This document shows, one piece after another, positions 44,549-53,883 of a DNA stretch of 64,000 nucleotides (positions are counted from its first letter, which is position 1; each line of letters begins with the position of its first letter). Under the pieces are notes generated by a model, which saw nothing but the letters and a program-made list of their open reading frames with translations, had not been told where the DNA came from and ran no database searches. Source of the DNA: a virus; IMG/VR virus record IMGVR_UViG_3300042922_000265, positions 32,001 to 96,000 of that record. The stretch is one strand, 5' to 3'. The position numbers were made by a program, and so were the translations under genes.

Positions 44549-44821
44549 TTAAAGGACGCCCTCGTCCAGGTCGGGCCGCTTGCGAATCGACGTCGAATCG
44601 AACTCGTTGCGGTAGTAGTCCCGATGGGCGAACGTCTCGGGACGCGGGTTACGCGGCGTTTCCACACCGGTCTCGCGCGCCCTCTGCAGGGAGTTGTTCT
44701 CGGCCACAACAGCAGCCGCCGACGGCTGTGCCACGGCGGTGAGAATGGTCTCTCCCTGTCCGGGGTTACGGTCAAACTGGCGCGTCTGGTGCGTCAGCTT
44801 GGGCCGGTCGTACAGCGACAT
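44549..44821 (-). CDS. hypothetical protein
   Basis: GAGGAGG RBS. Confidence 0.6.
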   Translation of the reverse strand: MSLYDRPKLTHQTRQFDRNPGQGETILTAVAQPSAAAVVAENNSLQRARETGVETPRNPRPETFAHRDYYRNEFDSTSIRKRPDLDEGVL

Positions 44822-44833
44822 GCTGCCCTCCTC

Positions 44834-45448
44834 TTACTTGTCGAGTCCCCGTTGCGGGGTCCCGATATTGACCAGCTGGTGTGTCCAGCTGCCGTCAGCC
44901 TGGGGAGTCGACACCACGCGATGTGACTCGGATTGGAACTCCGGTGCCAGCGGCGGCACGCCCTGATCGATGTCGGCCTGGGTCTGGAAGACCGGCTGCC
45001 CGCTGATCAGGCACAGACGCTGCTTGGCCTGGCCGAAGGTGCGGCTGGTGGGGTCGTTGTCGACATCCACCGAGATGCTGCGGTCACCTGCTGGGGTCTC
45101 CAGGGTGGGCTCGACCTCATGCCACTGCCCCTTCTCGTCCTGGTACTGGACCGGCTTGATGGTCTGCTCGACCTGCCCGCTCATCAGCAGGGTGATCTCG
45201 TCTTCCATCGCCTCGTCGTCGGAGATGGTCACCGACTTCTTCATCCAGAGACGCTGGAATCCGGGCTGGTTGAGGCACTCCTTGGGGACGATGCGGATCG
45301 AATCGTCATACCCGGCGGGCTCCAGCTCAAAGCTGACGGTGTCGGTGTTGCAGGTGATCTTGTGCGGGGTGTTGTTCTTGGCGAACAGAGTCCCCGTGGA
45401 CTCGCGCAATTGACGCAGGGACTTCCGCTGCGTGGTTGGAGTGGTCAC
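44834..45448 (-). CDS. hypothetical virion protein
   Basis: AAGGAG RBS, GTG start. Confidence 0.7.
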   Translation of the reverse strand: MTTPTTQRKSLRQLRESTGTLFAKNNTPHKITCNTDTVSFELEPAGYDDSIRIVPKECLNQPGFQRLWMKKSVTISDDEAMEDEITLLMSGQVEQTIKPVQYQDEKGQWHEVEPTLETPAGDRSISVDVDNDPTSRTFGQAKQRLCLISGQPVFQTQADIDQGVPPLAPEFQSESHRVVSTPQADGSWTHQLVNIGTPQRGLDK

Positions 45449-45516
45449 TCCAGTCTCCTTCACTTGTAGGAGAGGGCGGGGAAGCCCTCACCTCTTCAGG
45501 GGACTAGAGCGAGCGA

Positions 45517-46161
45517 TCACAGGTCGACAGCCGAGAGCGACTTGATACCGGGGGACGCGAAGTGACCATTGGAGTACAGGCGGCGGAAGCACCCGGCAGG
45601 ACGATGTCCGGGGATGTCCATGATGTGCGTGCTGTCGACCCAGTTAGCTCCGAGCAGCGTCGCGTTTCGGTATACGTTCCAGGTGACGACGCCCGCGTTG
45701 ATCGTAGGAATCAGCTTGATGATGTCGGAACTGCTGGTAGAGAAGCTGCCCGAGGTGGTTCCCACAATGGTGACCACGCCCGCATTCCAGGTGTGGATAC
45801 GACAGTTGTGGGTGTTGCCAGAGATGATGACGAACACACCCTTGGTCATATCGGAATTGAACACACCTGGCCCGATACCTCGGTCGGTGGTGGAAAGGGC
45901 GGCGTTGCCAGCGGTGACCTCGAAAACATCGGTGTTCAGAACATCCGACAGGACGTAGGCCGAATACTTCTGACCGTCAGAGATGGTGGAGTTGGACTCC
46001 CGCAGGATGCCGCTGATGATGGTGTGTCCGGTCGCGGCGGCACCGGTAGTCATGGCCAGGTTGTTGCCCGGCGGCAGCGCGGTGAATGGGTTGCCGTAGG
46101 CGATGTTCGCTTTCACCACGGTAGTAGGCCGAGTGAGAATGGCGTTCCGGGCGGCGAACAT
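45517..46161 (-). CDS. beta-rich virion protein
   Basis: ATG (MFAARNAIL) overlaps upstream TAA. Confidence 0.65.
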   Translation of the reverse strand: MFAARNAILTRPTTVVKANIAYGNPFTALPPGNNLAMTTGAAATGHTIISGILRESNSTISDGQKYSAYVLSDVLNTDVFEVTAGNAALSTTDRGIGPGVFNSDMTKGVFVIISGNTHNCRIHTWNAGVVTIVGTTSGSFSTSSSDIIKLIPTINAGVVTWNVYRNATLLGANWVDSTHIMDIPGHRPAGCFRRLYSNGHFASPGIKSLSAVDL

Positions 46162-46991
46162 TATGGCGTGTAATTCTGGACGATGGACCCATACCAGCTG
46201 GTGCCGTCGCAGAAGAAGCTCGCGAGGTCCAGGCGGGACGCTGTGGTGGTCAGGGTCGGCGCGGTGCCACCGGGCCATTTGACGCCAGTGAAAGTTCCAG
46301 TGAACGCACCCGCGCCTGTGTAAATCGGCACCACGAAGCTCTTACCTGCATTGGCGGCGGGCATGGTGAACGTACAGTTGCCGGTCATCGTGACCGGGAT
46401 AATGGTGCCGGTGGACAGATCGAACGTCTTAGCGGTACCTGAGTTGCTGATCGCCTGAGCGGTTTCGATGTAGTTGGTCACCGTCGGATTGGTGATAGCC
46501 GGAGTGGTGTTTCGTACCAGGCTGCCGCTGCCGGTAGCTGTAGCAGCAGCAATTCGAGCATCAGCGGCGGTATCGAAGTCGGAGATGGTAGAGGCGGCCT
46601 GAGTGCCCGTGTGGTTCGCGCGCGCCTTGAGATTGGCGTCGGTGTCATTGGCCGTCGCACCCGTAGCGATGCCGCCCAGCTTGGTCTTCTCGGTCTGAGA
46701 GTACTGCTTGTAGGTGGTGCCGTCTTCAATGTCATCCTGAGTCAGCGCGTCAATGGAGCCACCGACATAAGTGACGACGATGTCCTCGAAAGACTGGAAG
46801 CTCGTGCGCACCGACCTCTGGGAGGGAGCCGTTTCGGTTGCCGTCGGGTCAGTGAGCCATTCGTCGGACATGGCGGCATCGGAGACCTTGGCGTCAGCAT
46901 AAGTCTCGGCAGCATCCAGCGCGGCCTGAAGGCCATCGATCGAACCGATGCCCAGACCGGAGAGATCACTCGCCTGGTGCCTGGCTGTCAT
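46161..46991 (-). CDS. fibre-like structural protein
   Basis: EKTKLGGIATGATAN, ARANHTGTQ, VKWPGGTAPTLT modules. Confidence 0.7.
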   Translation of the reverse strand: MTARHQASDLSGLGIGSIDGLQAALDAAETYADAKVSDAAMSDEWLTDPTATETAPSQRSVRTSFQSFEDIVVTYVGGSIDALTQDDIEDGTTYKQYSQTEKTKLGGIATGATANDTDANLKARANHTGTQAASTISDFDTAADARIAAATATGSGSLVRNTTPAITNPTVTNYIETAQAISNSGTAKTFDLSTGTIIPVTMTGNCTFTMPAANAGKSFVVPIYTGAGAFTGTFTGVKWPGGTAPTLTTTASRLDLASFFCDGTSWYGSIVQNYTP

Positions 46992-46994
46992 CGG

Positions 46995-47900
46995 TTACTT
47001 CTTCGCCACGACCGCGTGATACTGCGCCGAGGACCAGACCTCGTCGGGCTCGACGGTGACGCTGTTGATGGTGGCGTGGGTGACAGCGACGTCGATCTCG
47101 TCGTACGGGCTGGCGTTGCGGAAGACCACCACGTCCACGGCCTTGGTGCCGAAGTTGTGAGTCAAGGTGAAGGTGGTTGCCGACCCGTCGCCCAGGTCGG
47201 CCTCGAACGGTGCGTCGGCTCCGGCGGCCACGCCAACGTGCGCAAGAGTCAGCACCGAGGTGCCCAGAGTGAAGGAGGTGTCGTTGGTCATCAGGGCGAA
47301 GCTGTCGGCGTTGGTGCCCTCACGGACCACCCAGTAGCTGCCCAGAACAGCCTCGTCTGTGGTGTCCCAGTTGGCCGCGCGTGTCATGGCGGTGGCCGCG
47401 CCATTCCAGATGTAGGGACCGTTCTGCGTGCCAGTGGACTGGCCGTACAGCAGGACGATGTCTCCGTTGGTCATGGTGACGCCGTCCAGGGTGGCACCAG
47501 GGGTGGCAATGTTGACGTTGGAGCTGACCGAGACCCGAACCGGTCCCTTGGGTGTCTGACCGGAGACCAGACCGGAAAGCTGAGCGTCCACGTACGCCTT
47601 GGTGGCGGCGTCCTGGGCAGCACTGGGGTCTGCCAGGCCGGTACCGCGCTGGGCGTTGAAGGCCACCGGGTTGGTCGGTGCAGCCATCTGGTCCAGGCGG
47701 TTGGTGCGCACCTGGGTGTCGAAGTTGCTGATCGTGGATGCCAGCTGTGTACCGGTGTGATTGGTACGGCTGATCGCGTTGGTGTACGCGGTATCGACGT
47801 CTGTCTTGCGGGCAGCGTCGTTGGGGTTGCTGGGGGCTCCAAGGTTGATGATCTTCTTGGAGTTCATGTCCTTGTTGGACGCGGCCAAACGGGCAGTCAT
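46995..47900 (-). CDS. fibre/decoration-like structural protein
   Basis: DAATKAYVD, QNGPYIW, GDGSATTFTLTHNFGT. Confidence 0.7.
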   Translation of the reverse strand: MTARLAASNKDMNSKKIINLGAPSNPNDAARKTDVDTAYTNAISRTNHTGTQLASTISNFDTQVRTNRLDQMAAPTNPVAFNAQRGTGLADPSAAQDAATKAYVDAQLSGLVSGQTPKGPVRVSVSSNVNIATPGATLDGVTMTNGDIVLLYGQSTGTQNGPYIWNGAATAMTRAANWDTTDEAVLGSYWVVREGTNADSFALMTNDTSFTLGTSVLTLAHVGVAAGADAPFEADLGDGSATTFTLTHNFGTKAVDVVVFRNASPYDEIDVAVTHATINSVTVEPDEVWSSAQYHAVVAKK

Positions 47901-47909
47901 TGTCTCTCC

Positions 47910-48413
47910 TCAGAACACCGTGGCGATGAAGGTGATGGGGTCGTCGGTGGAGATGCGGCAAATATCATTGCTCAGCATCTCGACGTGGAAATCGGTGTAT
48001 TCGGTCTGGCCGTCCAGAGAGAACAGCGCAACGGCCACCGGACCAGAGCGGGCGTGCTTGTGCTCGATGGTGGTGACGGTCTGGGGGGTGTTCTGCACAT
48101 GGACGTGCGGGGTCGCGGTGCCACCACTGCCTGGCTGAGGCAGGGTCTGAATCGGATAGGCGAAATCAGGATCGGCGGCCACAATGACGTCGCCGCGCTC
48201 CCAGACGCGCTCGAACCCGGAGGACTTGGCCACGGTCCAGGGCAGAGGCTGTTCATCGCCCACGTTGCCCTTGGCGGCCAGCAACCAGCGGATGCGGCCC
48301 ATGTTGAAGGTGATGGGCTGGCGCGTCAGGTTGCGTGCAAAGAGATCGGGGCGCGGCGCATAGCCGAACGGGTCAAGCTCGACCTCGTCCAGGCTCACGA
48401 AATTTGTCGACAT
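47910..48413 (-). CDS. structural protein
   Basis: strong RBS in hairpin; N-terminus resembles 44834 protein (LFARN.T...ITFN...F.R.W). Confidence 0.7.
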   Translation of the reverse strand: MSTNFVSLDEVELDPFGYAPRPDLFARNLTRQPITFNMGRIRWLLAAKGNVGDEQPLPWTVAKSSGFERVWERGDVIVAADPDFAYPIQTLPQPGSGGTATPHVHVQNTPQTVTTIEHKHARSGPVAVALFSLDGQTEYTDFHVEMLSNDICRISTDDPITFIATVF

Positions 48414-48477
48414 ACGACAACACCCTCCTCACCTATTGAGGTGAGAAGGGTGGTCGGCAGCAGGGTCGGTTACAAGG

Positions 48478-48717
48478 CTATGCAACAGCCTTCTGCATGC
48501 GGGGCCACATCGTGGTGACCGGACGCTTGATGTGCAACTTGCGCACACTCACCACCACCGGGTCCACCAGGGTGATGCAGCGACCATCGACAGCGGTCAG
48601 ACCTGGCTGGGCGATGAACTCGCGCACGTCGTCCTCGGTGTTGCTGGACGGCACGGTGACGAGAACACGCTGCTCATGATCCTCGCGGTCGGCGAGTACA
48701 ACCATGTAGGTATCCAT
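48478..48717 (-). CDS. hypothetical protein
   Basis: GAGGAGG RBS, MDTYMVVL... Confidence 0.65.
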   Translation of the reverse strand: MDTYMVVLADREDHEQRVLVTVPSSNTEDDVREFIAQPGLTAVDGRCITLVDPVVVSVRKLHIKRPVTTMWPRMQKAVA

Positions 48718-48796
48718 GTCGACCTCCTCTTGTCGGTTTCTATACCACCATTGTGGGGTTTCTACACCCTTTTGGCAAGGAGAAGTGACGTGAACA

Positions 48797-48837
48797 GCAA
48801 AGGACCCCCGGCCAACGAAAGGAAAACCGGGGGTCCT
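48797..48837 (-). terminator. probable intrinsic terminator
   Basis: AGGACCCCCGG/CCGGGGGTCCT 11-bp stem, short T tract. Confidence 0.6.
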
Positions 48838-48941
48838 AGCGCTTCGCTGATGCACCTCAGCTTAGCAGTTTGGGGCATTTGAGGCCCCGCTTCCCACCCA
48901 CGGGAAGGGTCTTTATCTTATCAGGCGCAAAGACCTGACGA

Positions 48942-49145
48942 CTAGCTGGAGGCGAAGGTCACAGGGTTGTCCCAGGCCGGGACAATCGTGCGCTTCTCCA
49001 GCACACCGGGAGCCACCTCGACCGAAATGGTCTGGGGGTTCGGGGTGATGCCGTCAGGCTGCTTGCGCCAGTACTCGCGCGGCATCATCTGCGACGTCGG
49101 GTACTCCGGGACATCCCCGTACTCCTTGGGGATCACCATCGTCAT
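48942..49145 (-). CDS. hypothetical protein
   Basis: AAGGAG RBS. Confidence 0.65.
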   Translation of the reverse strand: MTMVIPKEYGDVPEYPTSQMMPREYWRKQPDGITPNPQTISVEVAPGVLEKRTIVPAWDNPVTFASS

Positions 49146-49148
49146 GGG

Positions 49149-49796
49149 TTACTCCTTCACCGGGCGATCCTCGGCCTCTGGAGCGTCCGAGGGGACGTCC
49201 ACGACCTGGATCGGCTCGTTGACTGGCTGCTCACCGATCGGCTCGTTGAGCGGGGGTACCTCCGGCGCGTCCTCCGCCGGAACGGAAGGGTCCTCCGGGT
49301 TGGTCGGGGTGACCGGGTCGGCCTCCACCGGGGTGCTCGGGTCGATCGGCTCAGCGACCGGGCCAGGCGCGGTCTCCGGGTCGGTCTCCGCCGGAGAACT
49401 GGTGGCCGTCTCGTAGGCGGCCTGGATCTTGGCGGCCAGGGACTCGCTCAGGGCGTTGGCCTGGGCGGCGTCCTCGGCGGCGTCGGTGTCGCGCAGGGTC
49501 TGCGCTTCATCCCGAGCAGCCTTGAGCTGGGCCTTGATGTCCTGGGACCAAGTGGTCCAGGAGGCGAGTGTCTCGTCGACAGTTGCCATGTCAACTCCTA
49601 GTTTCGTGAAGCCCCGAAGGGCCGCGATGGTGAGCCGTCCAAGTCCTAGCACCACCCACCGGGCGATGGTGTCCATGACGCCTCCTCTACTTCTTCCCCG
49701 GCCTACTCTGCCTTTCGGCAGTATCCGGGGCGCGAAGATCACGTATAGGAATACCGCACCGCCGATGAACACAAACCAATACAGGCCAGCGGTCAT
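49149..49796 (-). CDS. membrane-anchored protein with acidic Pro-rich tail (alternative internal starts)
   Basis: N-terminal TM; in-frame RBS+ATG at 49676 and 49589. Confidence 0.65.
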   Translation of the reverse strand: MTAGLYWFVFIGGAVFLYVIFAPRILPKGRVGRGRSRGGVMDTIARWVVLGLGRLTIAALRGFTKLGVDMATVDETLASWTTWSQDIKAQLKAARDEAQTLRDTDAAEDAAQANALSESLAAKIQAAYETATSSPAETDPETAPGPVAEPIDPSTPVEADPVTPTNPEDPSVPAEDAPEVPPLNEPIGEQPVNEPIQVVDVPSDAPEAEDRPVKE

Positions 49797-50122
49797 CAGT
49801 ACCTGGGAGTGATCTTGGTCTGCAGCCGATCGTTCTCCGGCGCTTCCTCGACGTAGTACTTGGGCGACTTGTTCTCGACCTCGCCGACGCGGCGCGGGAT
49901 GCGGTCCTCGTGGGTGAAGCCGTCCGGGCCGTCCTGGTCCGGGCCACCCAGGTTCGGGTTATCGATCCATTTCTGCTCGGTGGTCGGCACGTCCTCGCGC
50001 TTGTTGAAGGCGTTGGTGGATTCCAGGCTGTGATCACCGGGGTTGGGCAGGTCACCCTGGCCCTCGATGACACTGAGGGGCTCCGGCCATTCACCTGGCT
50101 TGACAGGCACAACCATGCTCAT
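49796..50122 (-). CDS. hypothetical protein
   Basis: AAGGAG RBS, TGATG coupling. Confidence 0.65.
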   Translation of the reverse strand: MSMVVPVKPGEWPEPLSVIEGQGDLPNPGDHSLESTNAFNKREDVPTTEQKWIDNPNLGGPDQDGPDGFTHEDRIPRRVGEVENKSPKYYVEEAPENDRLQTKITPRY

Positions 50123-50312
50123 GACTTGGCTTCTCCTTCTGCTGACTTCTTGCTGCGTTGTGTGCGGCGAGGCTTGCTTCCGCGTTCGCGTAGATCGACA
50201 TCAGGGCCACCCACACGATCGCCTCCTTCCACCACAGGATGGTCGGGATCGCCAGCAGCACCCAGCCGATCGCGAGGATCAAGTGCCGATTCCTCCAGGC
50301 GCTCTTCAGCAT
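50091..50312 (-). CDS. small two-TM membrane protein
   Basis: GAGGAGG RBS, high GC3, LILAIGWVLLAIPTILWWKEAIVWVALMSIYAN. Confidence 0.65.
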   Translation of the reverse strand: MLKSAWRNRHLILAIGWVLLAIPTILWWKEAIVWVALMSIYANAEASLAAHNAARSQQKEKPSHEHGCACQAR

Positions 50313-50437
50313 CAGCGACGGCCTCCTCGGTCGGTGGGACGGGTGGCTTGAGCACCGAGGCGTCAGAGTCAGCCGGATCGTTCGGCGGACCCGGCAGGTC
50401 CGGGCGGTTCTTGATGTAGCGCGCTTCTGCTACCACG

Positions 50438-52153
50438 TCACTCTCCGATCAGGTCGTCAACCGAGGCCAACAGCGACTGGACGCTGTTGAGCCGGTGCGA
50501 GAAGTCCTCGTCGGCCTTGAACGGGGTACCCCCGAGAGCCTTGGAATCCATCGCCCAGTCGCGTGGGTTGTCGCTGTGGTTGGTCGGGCAGTGCGGGTCG
50601 TGCATCTCCTGGGGGCCTGCTGAGCAGTACTGGCAGCCCTTCCAGAGGTCCTCGGCGGCCTCACCACGGAAGGGACTGTCGTACGCCCCTCCGCTCTGCT
50701 GGTGGGGAAAGCTCTGACTCTGCACGATGCTGTCGAAGTCGTCGAACGCTCCCAGGTGCGCCATATGCGTCTGGACGAACTCATCCTGGGGATGCTGCGG
50801 GTGTGCGGCGATCCAGGTCGCCAGCGAGTTGTCCCACCAACCGCCCTGGCTGGCCAGGAACTCCAGGTAGGCGCGGCGGTTCCAGTTCGGAGTCTGCCGC
50901 AGATCCTGCTTCGGACGGCGAGGATCATCCCACCAGCCACCGCCCTGATCGCGCTGGTAACGCGGGATGGGGTTGGTCAGCGGACCCAGTCCCTGGTTGG
51001 GCTTGTCCGGGTTGAAGGTCTTGGGTGGGGTGCCGGGTTCGGGCAAACCCGCGCCCTTGCCAGCGGCGTCCACGTCGGCCTTGAACTTGGTCCACGGACC
51101 GGCCTGGACCTGCTTGGGCACCAGGTGCTTGTTCGGGTCGGGCTCGGCGGCGTTGATGCGCCGGGTGGCCTCCCAAGCCGCACGCGCGTGTAGGTCGTAG
51201 GACGGGTCGATGTGGCCCTTGTCCTTGCCCAGAGAGACCTTCTTGCCGAAGTAGGCCGGAGTCTCGTACTTCAGGCCAGCCAGATCGGCACCGTGCGGGG
51301 TGTTGCTCATCCTCACGTGGTGGGTGTCGATCGTGGAATCCTGGTCCGAACCCATGCGCCAGTCGGGCTCGCCCGTGGTCGGGTTGGTTGGGTGCTGGTA
51401 GTAGCCCGCGTCATCTTCATGACCGGGTCGCGGCTCGCGCAAGCTGGTGGGGTCCAGGATGTTCTTGGCGAAGGCGGAACGCTTCGGGCCGGTCAGGGCC
51501 TGACGCCAGCCGTCGCCCTCGGAGTGGAAGATCTGCTTGGCCGACTCGGTGTGGCTACCCATGCCGGGGACGGTGAAGTTGGGGTCGGACCCGTCGTAGT
51601 GGGTCAGGAAGTGGTGACCCTTCTCCAGGTTCTCGTCCCAGCCGGTCTTGGGGCTGTAGGCGCTCATGACGGCCACGGTCTTGCCATGGTCGCCGGTCGT
51701 CTTGGCCGCCAAGTCCTTGGTGGCATCGTGGGCGGCCTGGTACCAGACACGGCCTGCGTAGCCCTGCTCCGGGGTCATACCCTGCTGGTGGCTGATGTGG
51801 TTTTGAACCAGGTCCTCGAACGTGTGGCCCGAGCCGTTGAGCACACCCCACGGGTCATGCTCGGGGTCCTCGGTGGGGCGCTTCTTGCCCAGCTCCGAAG
51901 GATGTGGGATGTCGCTGGACATCGGTGGCCGGATCGGGGAGTGGAAGGCACCTCCGTTGCCGTTGCGCCAGTCCTGAGCAGTGAAGTCCCCGGACACGCC
52001 CTGCGGAGCTGGTGCTGCTTGCTGCTGGCCGTAGCCAGGGTTTTCCTGGCCGCGACCCGGTGGCTTACCGACCGGTACCGGCGGGATCGACGGTGCGGCG
52101 GTACGCCACGGGGACTGCATCGCGAACTGGTCGCGCGCGGTGGTGATACGCAT
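50438..52153 (-). CDS. head-region protein with HhH-glycosylase-like core
   Basis: WY...SAYSP..W..N...GPKRSAFAKNI...TIDTH...QVQA..W. Confidence 0.6.
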   Translation of the reverse strand: MRITTARDQFAMQSPWRTAAPSIPPVPVGKPPGRGQENPGYGQQQAAPAPQGVSGDFTAQDWRNGNGGAFHSPIRPPMSSDIPHPSELGKKRPTEDPEHDPWGVLNGSGHTFEDLVQNHISHQQGMTPEQGYAGRVWYQAAHDATKDLAAKTTGDHGKTVAVMSAYSPKTGWDENLEKGHHFLTHYDGSDPNFTVPGMGSHTESAKQIFHSEGDGWRQALTGPKRSAFAKNILDPTSLREPRPGHEDDAGYYQHPTNPTTGEPDWRMGSDQDSTIDTHHVRMSNTPHGADLAGLKYETPAYFGKKVSLGKDKGHIDPSYDLHARAAWEATRRINAAEPDPNKHLVPKQVQAGPWTKFKADVDAAGKGAGLPEPGTPPKTFNPDKPNQGLGPLTNPIPRYQRDQGGGWWDDPRRPKQDLRQTPNWNRRAYLEFLASQGGWWDNSLATWIAAHPQHPQDEFVQTHMAHLGAFDDFDSIVQSQSFPHQQSGGAYDSPFRGEAAEDLWKGCQYCSAGPQEMHDPHCPTNHSDNPRDWAMDSKALGGTPFKADEDFSHRLNSVQSLLASVDDLIGE

Positions 52154-52201
52154 GGAATGCCTCCTACTCCTTGAAGGCCCTCCCGCGCCGGTCTACAGGT
52201 T

Positions 52202-52393
52202 CTAATCGACCACGTCGATCTGCTGAACCACGCCGCTGTTCACAGCCTCGATCAGCCAATCGTGGGCATTGAACTGGTCAAGGAACTCTCCCTGAGTGGA
52301 GGTGTCCCAATCCGCTCTGGTCTCGGCTGTCGCCTTTCGCAGAATGGCGATCAGGGTGTAATAGGTGCCGTCTGCTGTCTTGTAAATCTTCAT
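52202..52393 (-). CDS. small leaderless hypothetical protein
   Basis: TATAGT-N6-ATG; MKIYKTADG... Confidence 0.6.
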   Translation of the reverse strand: MKIYKTADGTYYTLIAILRKATAETRADWDTSTQGEFLDQFNAHDWLIEAVNSGVVQQIDVVD

Positions 52394-52422
52394 GGCTATA
52401 CTATACCATGCTAGAACTTTAT

Positions 52423-53883
52423 TTACACTAGGCCGTTCACTCGCGCAGCGGGAACCATGATCTCGGCCAGCTGCTCGACGATCTTGGCGGCGTAGTACCG
52501 GTTGCCCACCTTGGTGGCGTGGATGCCATCGCGCTTGGACACCAGCTGGGCCTGCTGGGAGTTGGTCGGCACACCCTGCGTGCCCGTGGTCGACGGACCG
52601 TGTCCGGTCCACCAACGCTGCGCCGCGTCCGGGCCGAACCCGTTGATGTAGTAGGTGCGCGGACGCTCGCCTGCTGCGCGGATCTGCCCCTGCACGTGCG
52701 GGTAGGAGTCATCGTCGACTCGCGGCGGGCCGATGGCGTTGCCGAACAGGGTGTCATCGAACGGCTCGGGGCTGACGTGCACGATGGTGCAGTGCGGGTC
52801 CTGGGCGTGGGTCCAGTCGTAGACCTCCCCGGCGCGGTCGTACATCTGCTGCTCGGTGACGCCGCCGGAGCTGGCGTCGTTCCAGGTGCCATTGAGCAGG
52901 TAGACCAGCGGGCGCAGGCCCAAGGGCTGCCCGAAGTCCTCCCCGGCATGGTGAATGAAGGACTTGCCTCGGGCCGCCATCGCGCCCACGGCATTGGTCA
53001 TCCACCCACGGCGGCTGGCCGATGATGTCCTCGACACACCACCCACGGTGATCTGGATAAACGGCAGCGCCGGATGGAAAGAGGTGACCGACCCGATGGT
53101 GTCGTCAAAGATCTGGCCGACTCCGTTGACGAAGAATCCGGTGGCTCCCTGCGCACGGCGCGCCCAGGTCATACCGGTCATCTCGAACAGGTAGTCAATG
53201 ATGCCGTAGGTGAACCACCCGGTGACATTGTCGGCGGCCAGCGCCTGGGTGCCCTCAAAGTAGCTGTCGCCGTCAGCGATGCCGAACAGTCGCGGCGGAG
53301 CGGGCTCGACAATAGAGGTGCCGTCGGTGCGAATGGAGAAGAAGGCCGCCGCGCCCATCACCACCCGGATGCGGCCACAGTACGGCGCGGCAAAGGTGAT
53401 GTTGCGATAGCTCATGTCCCCGGATGTGCGGGTGACAATCAGGGGGTTTTCAGCCAGCTTCCAGGTGCCTCCGGCGTGCTCGATGTAGACCTGGATGTTG
53501 CCGCCGTATTCGGTGCCGCTGTTGTTGCCACCGCTGTTCCAGTGCGCGATAGAGAATCGGCTCCCGGTGAACAGGAACTCAAACTCGGTGACGTGCTGGT
53601 AGTGGTTGTTTACCAGTCCCGCAGCCTGAGCCGAGTAGACACGCGGTGTAGCGACGTTACGACAACCGCCATAGGTCTGAGGCCCGAAGAAGGATGCGCG
53701 GATGTCGCGCTCCCACTTTTGACCCTGGATGTTGAAATGCAGCTTGGCGTCACTCCACTTGTACTCAGCCTGGCTGGTGTAGGTGGTCGCGGTGTTGCTG
53801 ATGACATCAGCCGAAACGATGCCGCTGGGCAGAACACCCCTGACGGGCTTGAAGTAATCACCCAGACGAACCATCGCTGTCAT
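52423..53883 (-). CDS. SGNH hydrolase-domain virion protein
   Basis: DGDSY, GATG, GTWND, DGIH. Confidence 0.75.
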   Translation of the reverse strand: MTAMVRLGDYFKPVRGVLPSGIVSADVISNTATTYTSQAEYKWSDAKLHFNIQGQKWERDIRASFFGPQTYGGCRNVATPRVYSAQAAGLVNNHYQHVTEFEFLFTGSRFSIAHWNSGGNNSGTEYGGNIQVYIEHAGGTWKLAENPLIVTRTSGDMSYRNITFAAPYCGRIRVVMGAAAFFSIRTDGTSIVEPAPPRLFGIADGDSYFEGTQALAADNVTGWFTYGIIDYLFEMTGMTWARRAQGATGFFVNGVGQIFDDTIGSVTSFHPALPFIQITVGGVSRTSSASRRGWMTNAVGAMAARGKSFIHHAGEDFGQPLGLRPLVYLLNGTWNDASSGGVTEQQMYDRAGEVYDWTHAQDPHCTIVHVSPEPFDDTLFGNAIGPPRVDDDSYPHVQGQIRAAGERPRTYYINGFGPDAAQRWWTGHGPSTTGTQGVPTNSQQAQLVSKRDGIHATKVGNRYYAAKIVEQLAEIMVPAARVNGLV

